Positions 12,241-21,600 of a stretch of DNA of 64,000 nucleotides are shown piece after piece. Below the pieces are notes generated by a model. It was given only the letters and a program-made list of their open reading frames with translations. It was not told the origin of the DNA and ran no database searches. The stretch lies in contig NC_135816.1 in NCBI RefSeq assembly GCF_964213995.1, positions 38,192,001-38,256,000 on the forward strand, written 5' to 3'. This stretch comes from Mustelus asterias (lineage: Eukaryota). Every line of letters starts with the position of its first letter. Position 1 is the stretch's first letter. Made by a program: the position numbers and the translations under genes.

Positions 12241-14823
12241 CTATAAGTTCAGACGGTCAGGGGGACCGCACCGTCGTTGTGACCTCCTCAATACTGGCGA
12301 TGACACCGGAGTAGGCACTCGCGGTGGCTTTCTCCCCAAGGCGATGTCCAACTGTTCCTCCACAGACTCACGGGCCGGTTGACCCTGAGGTGATGGTAAT
12401 CCATGGAGTTCCGACACGCCCTGAAGTGGCGACCATCCTCTGGACTCAGGCAAGCTGTACACGGGAGTCAAAGGGTTAAGTAATGGTCCCGATGCTGCCT
12501 GCGCCGTGTCCGGAGGGGAAACAAGAGTTATGGGGTTTGTAACAGGGGGTATGGGAGCGACAGGGGTTCCTACGTCCCCTGCTGGCGCCAGGTCTCGGAT
12601 CGAGACCGTGTCCTCTCGCCCGTCAGGGTATGCCACATAGGCATACTGAGGGTTGGCGTGGAGGAGATGGACCTGTTCGACCAACGGATCGGACTTGCGG
12701 GCCCTTACATGTCGCCGCAGGAGGACAGGTCCTGAGTACGTCAACCAAGACGGTAATGAGGTCCCAGAGGAAGACTTCCGAGGGAATGAAAACATCCTCT
12801 CATGGGGAGTAGCGTTGGTTGCCGTACACAGGAGTGAGCGTATGGAATGGAGCGCATCAGGGAGCACCTCTTGCCAACGGGAGACTGGAAGGCTTTTTGA
12901 CTTCAACGCCAGTAAGACAGCCTTCCAGACTGTAGCATTCTCACGTTCCACCTGTCCGTTACCCCTAGGGTTGTAGCTCGTGGTTCTACTAGAGGCAATC
13001 CCGTATGAGAGCAGGTATTGCCTCAAGTCATCGCTCATGAACGACGAGCCCCTGTCGCTGTGAATGTAGCTGGGGTACCCGAACAGTGTAAAAAGATCAC
13101 GGAATGCCTTGATAACCGTGGCAGCGGATGTATCAGAGCAGGGAATAACAAAAGGGAATCTCGAGTACTCGTCAATGATGTTGAGGAAGTACACATTCCG
13201 ATCTGTTGAGGGAAGGGGGCCCTTAAAATCGACACTCAGTCTCTCGAAGGGACGAGTGGCCTTGACTAATTGTGCCCGGTCAGGTCGGTAAAAGTGCGGT
13301 TTGCATTCCGCGCATACCCGACAGCTTCTTGTTATGGACCTGACATCCTCCACCGAGTAGGGCAGATTGCGGGCTTTTATAAAGTGGTAGAGCCGAGTGA
13401 CCCCAGGATGGCATAGGTCATTATGGAGAGCCTGCAAACGGTCCTCCTGTATACTGGCGCATGTTCCACGCAAGAGGGCATCCGAGGGCTCATTGAGTTT
13501 CCCTGGACGATACATGATGTCATAGTTATAGGTGGAGAGTTCAATTCTCCACCGCAAGATCTTGTCGTTCTTGATCTTGCCCCTCAGCGTGTTATTAAAC
13601 ATGAACGCCACGGACCGCTGGTCTGTGATCAGGGTGAACCGTTTTCCCGCCAAGTAATGGCGCCAGTGCCTGACGGCCTCCACAATGGCCTGGGCCTCCT
13701 TTTCCACCGCTGAATGCCGAATTTCAGGGCCTTGGAGGGTGCGGGAAAAAAAGGCGACGGGCCTGCCCGCCTGGTTAAGTGTGGCGGCCAGGGCGAAATC
13801 AGATGCATCGCTCTCCACCTGAAAGGGGATGGACTCATCAACAGCGTGCATCGTAGCTTTCGCGATGTCGGCTTTTAGTTTATCAAAGGCCAATCGGGCC
13901 TCTGGTGTTAGGGTAAAAGAAGTGGACTTGATGAGCGGACGGGCTTTGTCCGCGTAATTGGGAACCCACTGTGCATAATAAGAGAAGAAGCCTAAGCATC
14001 TTCTCAGTGCTTTTGCACTAGTGGGCAGGGGAAGTTCAAAGAGGGGACGCATACGGTCTGGATCAGGGCCAATGACCCCGTTTTTCACCACGTATCCGAG
14101 GATGGCTAAACGGCGCGTACGAAACACACACTTCTCCCTGTTGTAGGTCAGGTTCAGGCGAGATGCAGTGCATAGGAAATTCAGGAGATTTGTGTCATGG
14201 TCCTGCTGGTCATGGCCGCAGATGGTGACGTTATCCAGGTACGGGAAGGTAGCCCGCAGCCCGTTCTGGTCCACCATTCGGTCCATAGCACGCTGGAAGA
14301 CCGAGACCCCATTGGTGACACCAAAGGGAACCCTGAGAAAGTGACACAAGCAACCATCCGCCTCAAAAGCCGTGTATTGTCGGTCCTCTGGGCGAATGGG
14401 GAGTTGGTGGTAGGCAGACTGGAGGTCTATGGTGGAGAACACCCGGTACTGTGCAATCTGATTGACCATGTCAGATATGCGCGGGAGGGGATACGCATCC
14501 AACTGCGTGTATCTATTAATGGTCTGACTATAGTCAATGACCATCCGGGGTTTGTTCCCACTCTTGACCACCACGACCTGCGCTCTCCACGGACTAGCGC
14601 TAGGTTGTATGATCCTTTCCTTGAGGAGCCGCTGAACTTCAGATCGAATGAAGATCCGATCCTCAGCGCTGTAACGCCTACTCTTAGTCGCAATGGGCTT
14701 GCAGCCTGGCACAAGATTCTGGAACAGGGAGGGTGTGGTAATCCTCAGCGTCGAGAGGCTACAGGCGCGTTGGGCAATTTGGAGGCTGCTGTTCTCCCAC
14801 TGAAAGCGAAGGGAGTGGCCCAC
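12241..14823 (-). CDS. Gypsy Pol: RT, RNase H, integrase (frameshifted relative to Gag-PR near 14765)
   Basis: 860-aa ORF: RMVIDY, IDLQSAYHQ, PFG, YLDN (RT); SDASD..EKEAQA..TDQ (RNase H); H-H-C-C, VDFKGP, HSDRG, VERENA (IN). Confidence 0.93.
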   Translation of the reverse strand: MGHSLRFQWENSSLQIAQRACSLSTLRITTPSLFQNLVPGCKPIATKSRRYSAEDRIFIRSEVQRLLKERIIQPSASPWRAQVVVVKSGNKPRMVIDYSQTINRYTQLDAYPLPRISDMVNQIAQYRVFSTIDLQSAYHQLPIRPEDRQYTAFEADGCLCHFLRVPFGVTNGVSVFQRAMDRMVDQNGLRATFPYLDNVTICGHDQQDHDTNLLNFLCTASRLNLTYNREKCVFRTRRLAILGYVVKNGVIGPDPDRMRPLFELPLPTSAKALRRCLGFFSYYAQWVPNYADKARPLIKSTSFTLTPEARLAFDKLKADIAKATMHAVDESIPFQVESDASDFALAATLNQAGRPVAFFSRTLQGPEIRHSAVEKEAQAIVEAVRHWRHYLAGKRFTLITDQRSVAFMFNNTLRGKIKNDKILRWRIELSTYNYDIMYRPGKLNEPSDALLRGTCASIQEDRLQALHNDLCHPGVTRLYHFIKARNLPYSVEDVRSITRSCRVCAECKPHFYRPDRAQLVKATRPFERLSVDFKGPLPSTDRNVYFLNIIDEYSRFPFVIPCSDTSAATVIKAFRDLFTLFGYPSYIHSDRGSSFMSDDLRQYLLSYGIASSRTTSYNPRGNGQVERENATVWKAVLLALKSKSLPVSRWQEVLPDALHSIRSLLCTATNATPHERMFSFPRKSSSGTSLPSWLTYSGPVLLRRHVRARKSDPLVEQVHLLHANPQYAYVAYPDGREDTVSIRDLAPAGDVGTPVAPIPPVTNPITLVSPPDTAQAASGPLLNPLTPVYSLPESRGWSPLQGVSELHGLPSPQGQPARESVEEQLDIALGRKPPRVPTPVSSPVLRRSQRRCGPPDRLNL

Positions 14824-16228
14824 CGTACTGTAGGGTTACACTCCTCAAGTGGACCATGAAGTTTAGTCCGAGAAGTATTGGCGCGCAAAGGTGCGGCAAC
14901 ACTAGGAGCTTGAAACGCTCGTAAACTGTGCCTTGCACCGTTAAAGTTACCACGCAACTCCCTAGCACGGTGACAGACCGGGACCTTGATGCCATAGAAA
15001 TTGTCTGTTTGACAGGTTGAATCTGGAGTCCACACCGCTTCACAGCGTCTGGGTGGATAAAACTCTCAGTGCTCCCGCTGTCAAACAGACAATAAATCAA
15101 GTGGTCGTTTACCTGAATGTCCATCATAGACTTGTCAAGTCTATGAGGCTTGGCCTGGTCCAGGATGATCGACGCCACTGTTGGTTCATGAGCGCCACTG
15201 CAGGCAGCTGAGATTGACGAGGATGACCCCTGCTGGTCGTTTGCGGTCGGTGCCGACCAACATGGCCGCTCCCATAGGTCGCACGTGGGTGATGGCGCCA
15301 AACTCAGCGACCCCTGGTGGTCACACATCTCCGACTCCGTCGACCGTAATGGCGTCGTCCTAGCCTCGCACGTGGACGAAACCCTTGACGATGTCGACGA
15401 CGAAGAACCGGGCTCTGAGGAATCGCAGGCCGCACTGCTGTTCCGAGAAGCAGGTTTAGATCGGCACACTTTCGAATAGTGCCCCTTCTTACCGCAGGCG
15501 GAGCACAACACAGATTTAGCGGGACACTGTTGCCGAGTATGCTTCGCTCCCCCACAGAAGTAACACCGCGGGCCGCCCGGAGCTGCTGCCGTCGTCTGGC
15601 CCGAGTGTGAGCACGCCATCACGCAGCATTTCGAACCCGAGGGACGAGGAGGGATTGTCGACTGCTCCTGCCACGTTGTCTCCACGTGGTCTTCAGGATA
15701 CAATACTAGGCTTTTGGAGGCCATCTCCAACATCTCCGCTAGTTCTATTGCCTGGGTGAGGTCAAGGTTACCTTTCTCCAGTAGTTTGAGTCGGATGTAA
15801 GATGATCCGACTCCCGCCACAAACGCATCTCGAGCGAGGTCGTTCATATTCTGCTCTGCCGACACTGCTTTGCAGTTACAGCCCCTGGCTAGCTGTAGGA
15901 GCTCGTTCGCGTATTCCTCCATCGTTTCGCCAGACTGCCGTCGTCGAGTGGCTAAGAGGTAACGAGCGTGTATTTCGTTGGGCGGTTTAATATAACGCTT
16001 CTTAAGAAGCTCGAGGGCCTTTGTGTAGTCGGTGGCCGCACGGATCGCGAGGTAGACGGTGTCGCTTACCCTCGCATGGAGGACCCGGAGTCTGTCATCA
16101 TCTGTGGTGACCGCTGCGGAGGCTGCCAGGTAGTCCTCAAAACATTTCAACCAGTGGTCGAAGGTGTTAGAGGCGCCCACCGCACGTGGATCTAGTGTAA
16201 GGCGTTCAGGCTTCAGTATCTGCTCCAT
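14759..16228 (-). CDS. Gypsy Gag (two CCHC knuckles) plus aspartic protease
   Basis: 489-aa ORF with CYFCGGAKHTRQQC and CSACGKKGHYSKVC zinc knuckles and protease motif LFDSGSTESFI. Confidence 0.92.
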   Translation of the reverse strand: MEQILKPERLTLDPRAVGASNTFDHWLKCFEDYLAASAAVTTDDDRLRVLHARVSDTVYLAIRAATDYTKALELLKKRYIKPPNEIHARYLLATRRRQSGETMEEYANELLQLARGCNCKAVSAEQNMNDLARDAFVAGVGSSYIRLKLLEKGNLDLTQAIELAEMLEMASKSLVLYPEDHVETTWQEQSTIPPRPSGSKCCVMACSHSGQTTAAAPGGPRCYFCGGAKHTRQQCPAKSVLCSACGKKGHYSKVCRSKPASRNSSAACDSSEPGSSSSTSSRVSSTCEARTTPLRSTESEMCDHQGSLSLAPSPTCDLWERPCWSAPTANDQQGSSSSISAACSGAHEPTVASIILDQAKPHRLDKSMMDIQVNDHLIYCLFDSGSTESFIHPDAVKRCGLQIQPVKQTISMASRSRSVTVLGSCVVTLTVQGTVYERFKLLVLPHLCAPILLGLNFMVHLRSVTLQYGGPLPSLSVGEQQPPNCPTRL

Positions 16229-16283
16229 ACTCTCTCTATATCGTTTTTTTTTTCGACGAGAGTTTATTTACAGCAAATAAAAT

Positions 16284-16612
16284 TGATGCGCGTTATCACA
16301 CACGAGGCTTGAGATGCTCAGGAAATAAAGGCTTTTATTTGCTGTACAATGAAGCTACTAATTATATACACGATCCCAGACTGAGGGGTCCCAGACAGAG
16401 CAGAGACCTTTATACCTCTCCCAGGAGGCGGAGCCCGACTGGGATGTACCACAATAACTATAATACAAGGTGTAACAGCCCAACCCTAACCCCAACAGCA
16501 ACAAGTAGAACAACCCATCCCTAACCCCAACAGCAACATATATACATACTTGTAGTACTGGCCAGACCCTGGCTCAGTACTATCTAGTGGGAACCAACGA
16601 TGGTTCACCACA
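16284..16612 (-). repeat. 5' LTR of the Gypsy element
   Basis: Direct repeat of 11850-12178; contains TATAAA (16409-16414) and AATAAA on the minus strand. Confidence 0.95.
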
Positions 16613-17788
16613 GCGGGGTTCAGAATACCTCCCCACTTTCAGGGAGTGAGTGGCCTGACCCCGCTGGAGTGAAGGGGGTACAATCAGGGCCCCCCGGAGA
16701 ATTGGGCGGTTGGTGGGGGGGGGGGGGGGGCGGTGGTGAGGGCCGGCGTTGCGAGGATCACAGTTCACAGTGCTGGCAGGCAATCGAGAGGCCGGCAGTG
16801 CGGGGCTATTGCGTATACGCTGACATATCAGCACATGCCGATTTCAGCCTCTCCCATGGGGGATAGGCCCAACACACTAATTTATAATGATATACACGCT
16901 AGTGAACTCTGCAGTACATAGTGTGTGGGAGATTCTTCTCTGAGCTCCCACTGAAAAATCCAGCGTGAACTACTTAGAATTTTTTTGGGAGAATTCTGGC
17001 CTAAGTTTGTTTACGTTATGACTCAGAGTCAGGAAAAGTTTCAGAGTTAACAACTGTTACAGATAACATGGCAGAAAGTAATGTTGCTGTGGGCAGAGGT
17101 TCCTGTGTTTCCAGGTTTGCCAGTTGACTCTGCTAGGGGAGTGGAAGAGGAATGTTGATGTACAGATTCTCAATCTACCTCTTCACCTACAATTCCAGGT
17201 CAACAAGATTCACCAGTCGTGTGGCATAGGTTGCAACATAACCGCAGAGCTCCTGCCAGACTTTCATATTACTTTTGTTGTATTTCTGTCCTGATGAGGA
17301 ATTAAAATTTAAAGGGAGGAGAAATGTTACAGAGTGGTATTTTCAGTGTCCTTATAAGCCTTGCTCCAATGCAATTGTTTTACTGGCATCTGTTGAGGTT
17401 TCTGAGCATGTGCGGTCTTTGATGGGCTTTTCTGCAAGAGGGTGACCTGTAAGCAAGGCCTGTCTTACTAGTGCTCCTGTTTTCATAGTTATTGTTGTTG
17501 CTAATCTGCTGAGTTAGTGTTAAACTTTATTACTTATTTATATAAAGAAATTCCTTCTTTGAAACAATGCTTTTGACTATCTTAGTTGTGGTCCCAAGTC
17601 TCCACAAGAATAATTTACCACACATCCACTTTAGGCTGTATCATGTGCCCAGACTATCTCCTGCATTTTGATTTCCAGCTGTAGACCCCAGGCCTACACC
17701 TCACCATCTTTTGTTTAAAACTTAGATGCCTGGGCCAGATGGTGGATTGTGATTAAGACTTCCTCTGGTCAGTGACATATCAGTCATG

Positions 17789-17917
17789 AGTTTGTGTCTT
17801 TATATGCCCTGTTTGTGAACAGAACTCCCACTCATCAGATGAAGGAGCAGTGCTCTGAAAGCTTGTGCTACTAAATAAACCTGTTGGACTTTAACCTGGT
17901 GTTGTGAGACTTCTTAG
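17789..17917 (+). mobile_element. Penelope terminal fragment (same family as 35094-36046)
   Basis: gagtttgtgtctttatatgccctgtttgtgaacagaactcccac...aataaacctgttggactttaacctggtgttgtgagacttct. Confidence 0.85.
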
Positions 17918-20900
17918 TGACAGGTGTACAGTGATGCTGACTTCCTCTGGTCAGTGATTCACCAGTAGGCCTGCCAATAAAACCAGCTACCTCTTATCTT
18001 CCCCATTCAGCATGGGTTTGAAGGGAATATGTTCTGTTGTTTTCAAAATGGTTGGGAGTTATTTCAACTAATGGACCTGGAATTATACAATTAATTTTCA
18101 CATTGTATCAGTTGTGATACTCACAAACTCACCTGTTTAGTTCTAATATATGTTATCAGTGGGTTCAGCCCGTGGTTTATTCAAAAACTATTGAGGACTC
18201 ACTTGGCTTTAAAACACAACATTTATACATAACTCAATCCCAAAATTATTTCTGTTGCGAAAATTTTTTTTTTTAAATTCTGAAGTACGACATGAATCTT
18301 TTGGAGTTCCCATATGTTAAAGAATTGCTAGTATCTAATGCTTAGATAAGTGTCGTCAATTGGGCTGCACATGTTTGATAATTCAGTTACTAGAGGTGCT
18401 GCAAGTTCTCAAGTTGCTGTCTCCTTTGGGGAAAGTGACATATGAGATGTCCTGACTAACAAGATTGCAGTGATCTGCTTGATGAAATGGTGTGTAAATG
18501 ATTCTCTGAGCTGGCAATTGTCAACAGAGGGGATTTGAAATTTCCTTCCAACCACATACCATATTGACCTGCATTGGGTCAACCTGGTACTCCATCCCTA
18601 ACAGCATTATGGGTGTACATACACAATTTGGATTGCTGCGGTTCAAGAAGGTGGCTCACCACCACCTTCACTACGGCAATTAGGGATGGGTAACAAATGC
18701 TGGCCTAGCCAGTGATGCCCAAATCCTATGAAATAATACATTTTTAAAAATGAGTAGGTGGCATAAAAGTTCAATACTTTGGTGATTTGGACAATGAGTA
18801 AGAATTTCCTCCAAAGTTAGTGGACAAGTAGTCAGTCAACTTGACTGCTCCCTGCTGAATTGTAGATGGAAAAAACATGTGTCTTCCAACATGGGAGTGA
18901 CTGCTGGGCCACTGTCAGTGGGCACCAGATGTCTGAGATATCATCACAGCTGTTCTTCACCACCCCCTGCTAGAATTCCTTTTCCTTTCAATCTAGTTTA
19001 TGGGTTGACTGAGGTTTGTTCTTGCAGCTGCAGAGTCAAGTGGTGGCAACAAGATTACTGCTGTTGGAGATTTGTACCCAGAGAATGCTGAACTGCAGAA
19101 AACAAGCAAAAACAAAACACTCGTTATCGTGTACAACATTTAGTTTGGCTAGTGAAAAATAGTAGTCAATAAAATGTAATTCTCACAAATCTGACAAACC
19201 TCAGTATGGAGCACCTCTGAAGTGAAGTTCTTATTGAGGTTGCAGGTCTCCCGGTGCTCGTCTTATGTTGGATTACATAGTATCTCAGCATCGAATGAGC
19301 TCAGTGCATGGCCTTCAAAATAGGGTAATGTTTTCCCATGTAGAATTTGGAGTTCAGTGCCCATTTCACTAAACTGACCTCAATTTGGTGGGTTTTGTAT
19401 GGCACTAAATAGGGACCCCTCGTCAAATCATACATTGGGGTAGGTGCCCTATGTCTGGAAGACATCTGGGCTGTGCAATAGTGTTAAGTACCATTCAGTT
19501 AACCTTAACCTACCTAAAAACATAATGCCAACATGCTTGGTATACTTACTTCTTCCTCTATACATAGCATGTTTGCTTGTTATTGCAGCTGTTTGTTCCC
19601 ACTATGTGTTTCTGGATTCAGTCTTTTAGATGGTTTCCACAAGAAAATGGGCTGAGTTTTGATGGAACAACTGACTTTTGACCGTGACTGTCTTTGTTTT
19701 GCAAATGTCATTAGTAAACAGGCACCATGCTGATCTGCTGAATGGAACTGTCGGTCAAATTCAATAAAGGCAACAAAAGCTAAGGAAATTAAACCTTTTG
19801 GGTTTCCTAGTCATGTAATTGATCACATTGCTTACAATGTCAGAACAGCAAAGCAGATTTTGCTAATATTTCCTCAAGTCTTTTGATATCCAGTAAATTG
19901 TTGCATTTGTACAGCAATCAGTATGATATATAACATAAAAAGATAAAGTGAAAAAAATTGTGATGTGGAAGCTTTTATTTTCTTGGGATTCTACTGGAGT
20001 AGCAAGCATTTCAGACCTCCTCTAGTTTTCCAACATTCAAGAAAATCTGTTGGACTTTTAAAATGTTTTTGATAGCTATAAATGTAACCAGTGAAATAGA
20101 ATGATTGCAATATATAAATAAGTTGGCAGAAATATATTTTAACAGAAAATTTAACAGGGATAATTAATTATTCTGCCTCTGCTCTGGAAGAGATGAAATA
20201 TACTGATGTATGACAACACCAAATGCATCATTCTTGTGGGCCCAGGCAGTGATTGTTGGTAAGCTGTTTGTCAGTAGGAACCAGGCCCACATCCACACTT
20301 GCTGGTTTTCTGGATTGTGACCAGGAGTCAAAATCATTGCTGTTCCTTCAATAAATGGAAACAAAAGTCTTACACTATCCTATCTGACATTATTCGATTG
20401 CATTGGTTCAATGAAAAGGCTTATTACCACCTTCATAAGGCAGCAAGTATGGAAAATAAATTTGGACTTGCCAGTGATCCCTACATACCAGAACAAATCA
20501 AAAATGTTCCAGGAGGTGGAATCATGGCTTGATACTTTTTAAATAGGATAAGCTTTTGTATTGTGTTCTGCTTTTACAGGGTTTCAATATACAGCCACAA
20601 TTTATTACTTTAACTGATTTTCCTGACAAAAATAAATTGATGTACTGATTTTTATTGCAGACTTGGATAAATGAGTAGATTTATTTTGCTCGAAGATTAG
20701 TATCATCACTCATATGTATGTTATTTTTGTGTCTCAGAGCCCAATCCTTCTACAGTTTACACTGCAGGGATCTTTAGTCTAAATTGTACCACCATCTAAC
20801 TTGCAATACGTCCTGGTGATAGGCCCCATTTCCACCAGGAACTTCACTGCAGGGAACTTAAATATGATCCTTCCCACCGCCGATCTTTGCTCACTGTTAG

Positions 20901-21436
20901 TCCCAGTTCATTTGTATGTCATGATTCACACCACAGGGAGCCCAACTACAGATTCCAACTATCATTGTCAGTCTGCAGAAGCTGCAGCCTTGTTTATACT
21001 CACAATAAAAGATTGGATTAGATCTAACATTTGTGCATTTTTAACCTCCAACTGGCAATTGTAAATAATTCTATGCTCTGAATCAATCTTAAATTCAAGT
21101 ATACTGACATCTTGGTAGGATTCACACAGGGAGAAATACGGAGACAGTAGAATATAAATGCTAAATTTGCAGCCTTATCCCTTTTTCCTCATTCTCGCAG
21201 TCCATCCTTTCAATCTATTTGTTCTGTCAGCTGCTTTCCGTTCTTCATATGTGACACTTACACAAACACTTTACGGCAAGTGTCATTGGACAGAAAACGG
21301 AAGACGTGCTCAGTTAATTTCTGCAGATATTACCCCAGAGGCACAGAAGCCAAAATGTAATAGTCCAACTGGGATGAGTTAAATTTAGCACATGCCAGCA
21401 CACAAATTGAGAATGAGATGTGATCTTTATGAACTA

Positions 21437-21600
21437 AAAACAGAAAATGCTGGAAAAGCTCAGCAGGTCTGGCAGCATCTTTGGAGAGAGAAACCAAGTT
21501 AACGATTTGAGTCTGTGTGACTCTTCTGAAGAAATCAGCATGAACAGCATTTTCTGTTTTTATTTCAGAATTCCGGCATCCACATATTTTGCTTTTAGTG
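21437..21600. mobile_element. Short quasi-palindromic Penelope-terminus-like repeat (related copies at ~26843-26940, 30605-30685, 31085-31200, 41560-41670, 55040-55125, 62490-62528 + 63931-64000)
   Basis: Shared AAAACAGAAAATGCTGG..CAGCAGGTCTGGCAGCATCT..GAGAGAGAAA motif in inverted arrangement. Confidence 0.6.

Larger units (their letters stand above)
11850..16612 (-). mobile_element. Young full-length Ty3/Gypsy LTR retrotransposon (4763 bp)
   Basis: Two 329-bp TG..CA LTRs (11850-12178, 16284-16612) with 3 substitutions by eye; 5-bp TSD GCGGG (11845-11849 / 16613-16617); PPT AAAGGAGGGGTGAA next to the 3' LTR; gag-PR-RT-RH-IN domain order. Confidence 0.97.
11634..17001. mobile_element. Non-autonomous MITE-like DNA element (host of the Gypsy insertion)
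   Basis: Imperfect terminal inverted repeats GGGGGTGATTCTCC (11634) ... GGAGAATTCTGGCC (17001); GC/CpG-rich, split by the LTR element. Confidence 0.55.
11000..17622 (+). mobile_element. Old Gypsy relic: integrase C-terminal half (~11000-11497), 3' remainder (~17002-17324), PPT and probable 3' LTR (~17325-17622)
   Basis: ORF 10787..11404 contains degenerate IN motifs (TAPFHLASNSLVERAVQTLK, PQSTT..PVELLFGRR); AAAGGGAGGAGAAA followed by TGTTAC at 17311-17330. Confidence 0.7.

Noticed and set aside
14197-14859. 220-aa plus-strand ORF and other short ORFs within the Gypsy element
   Set aside because: Antisense or alternate-frame shadows of GC-rich pol; no env-like or other recognisable domain
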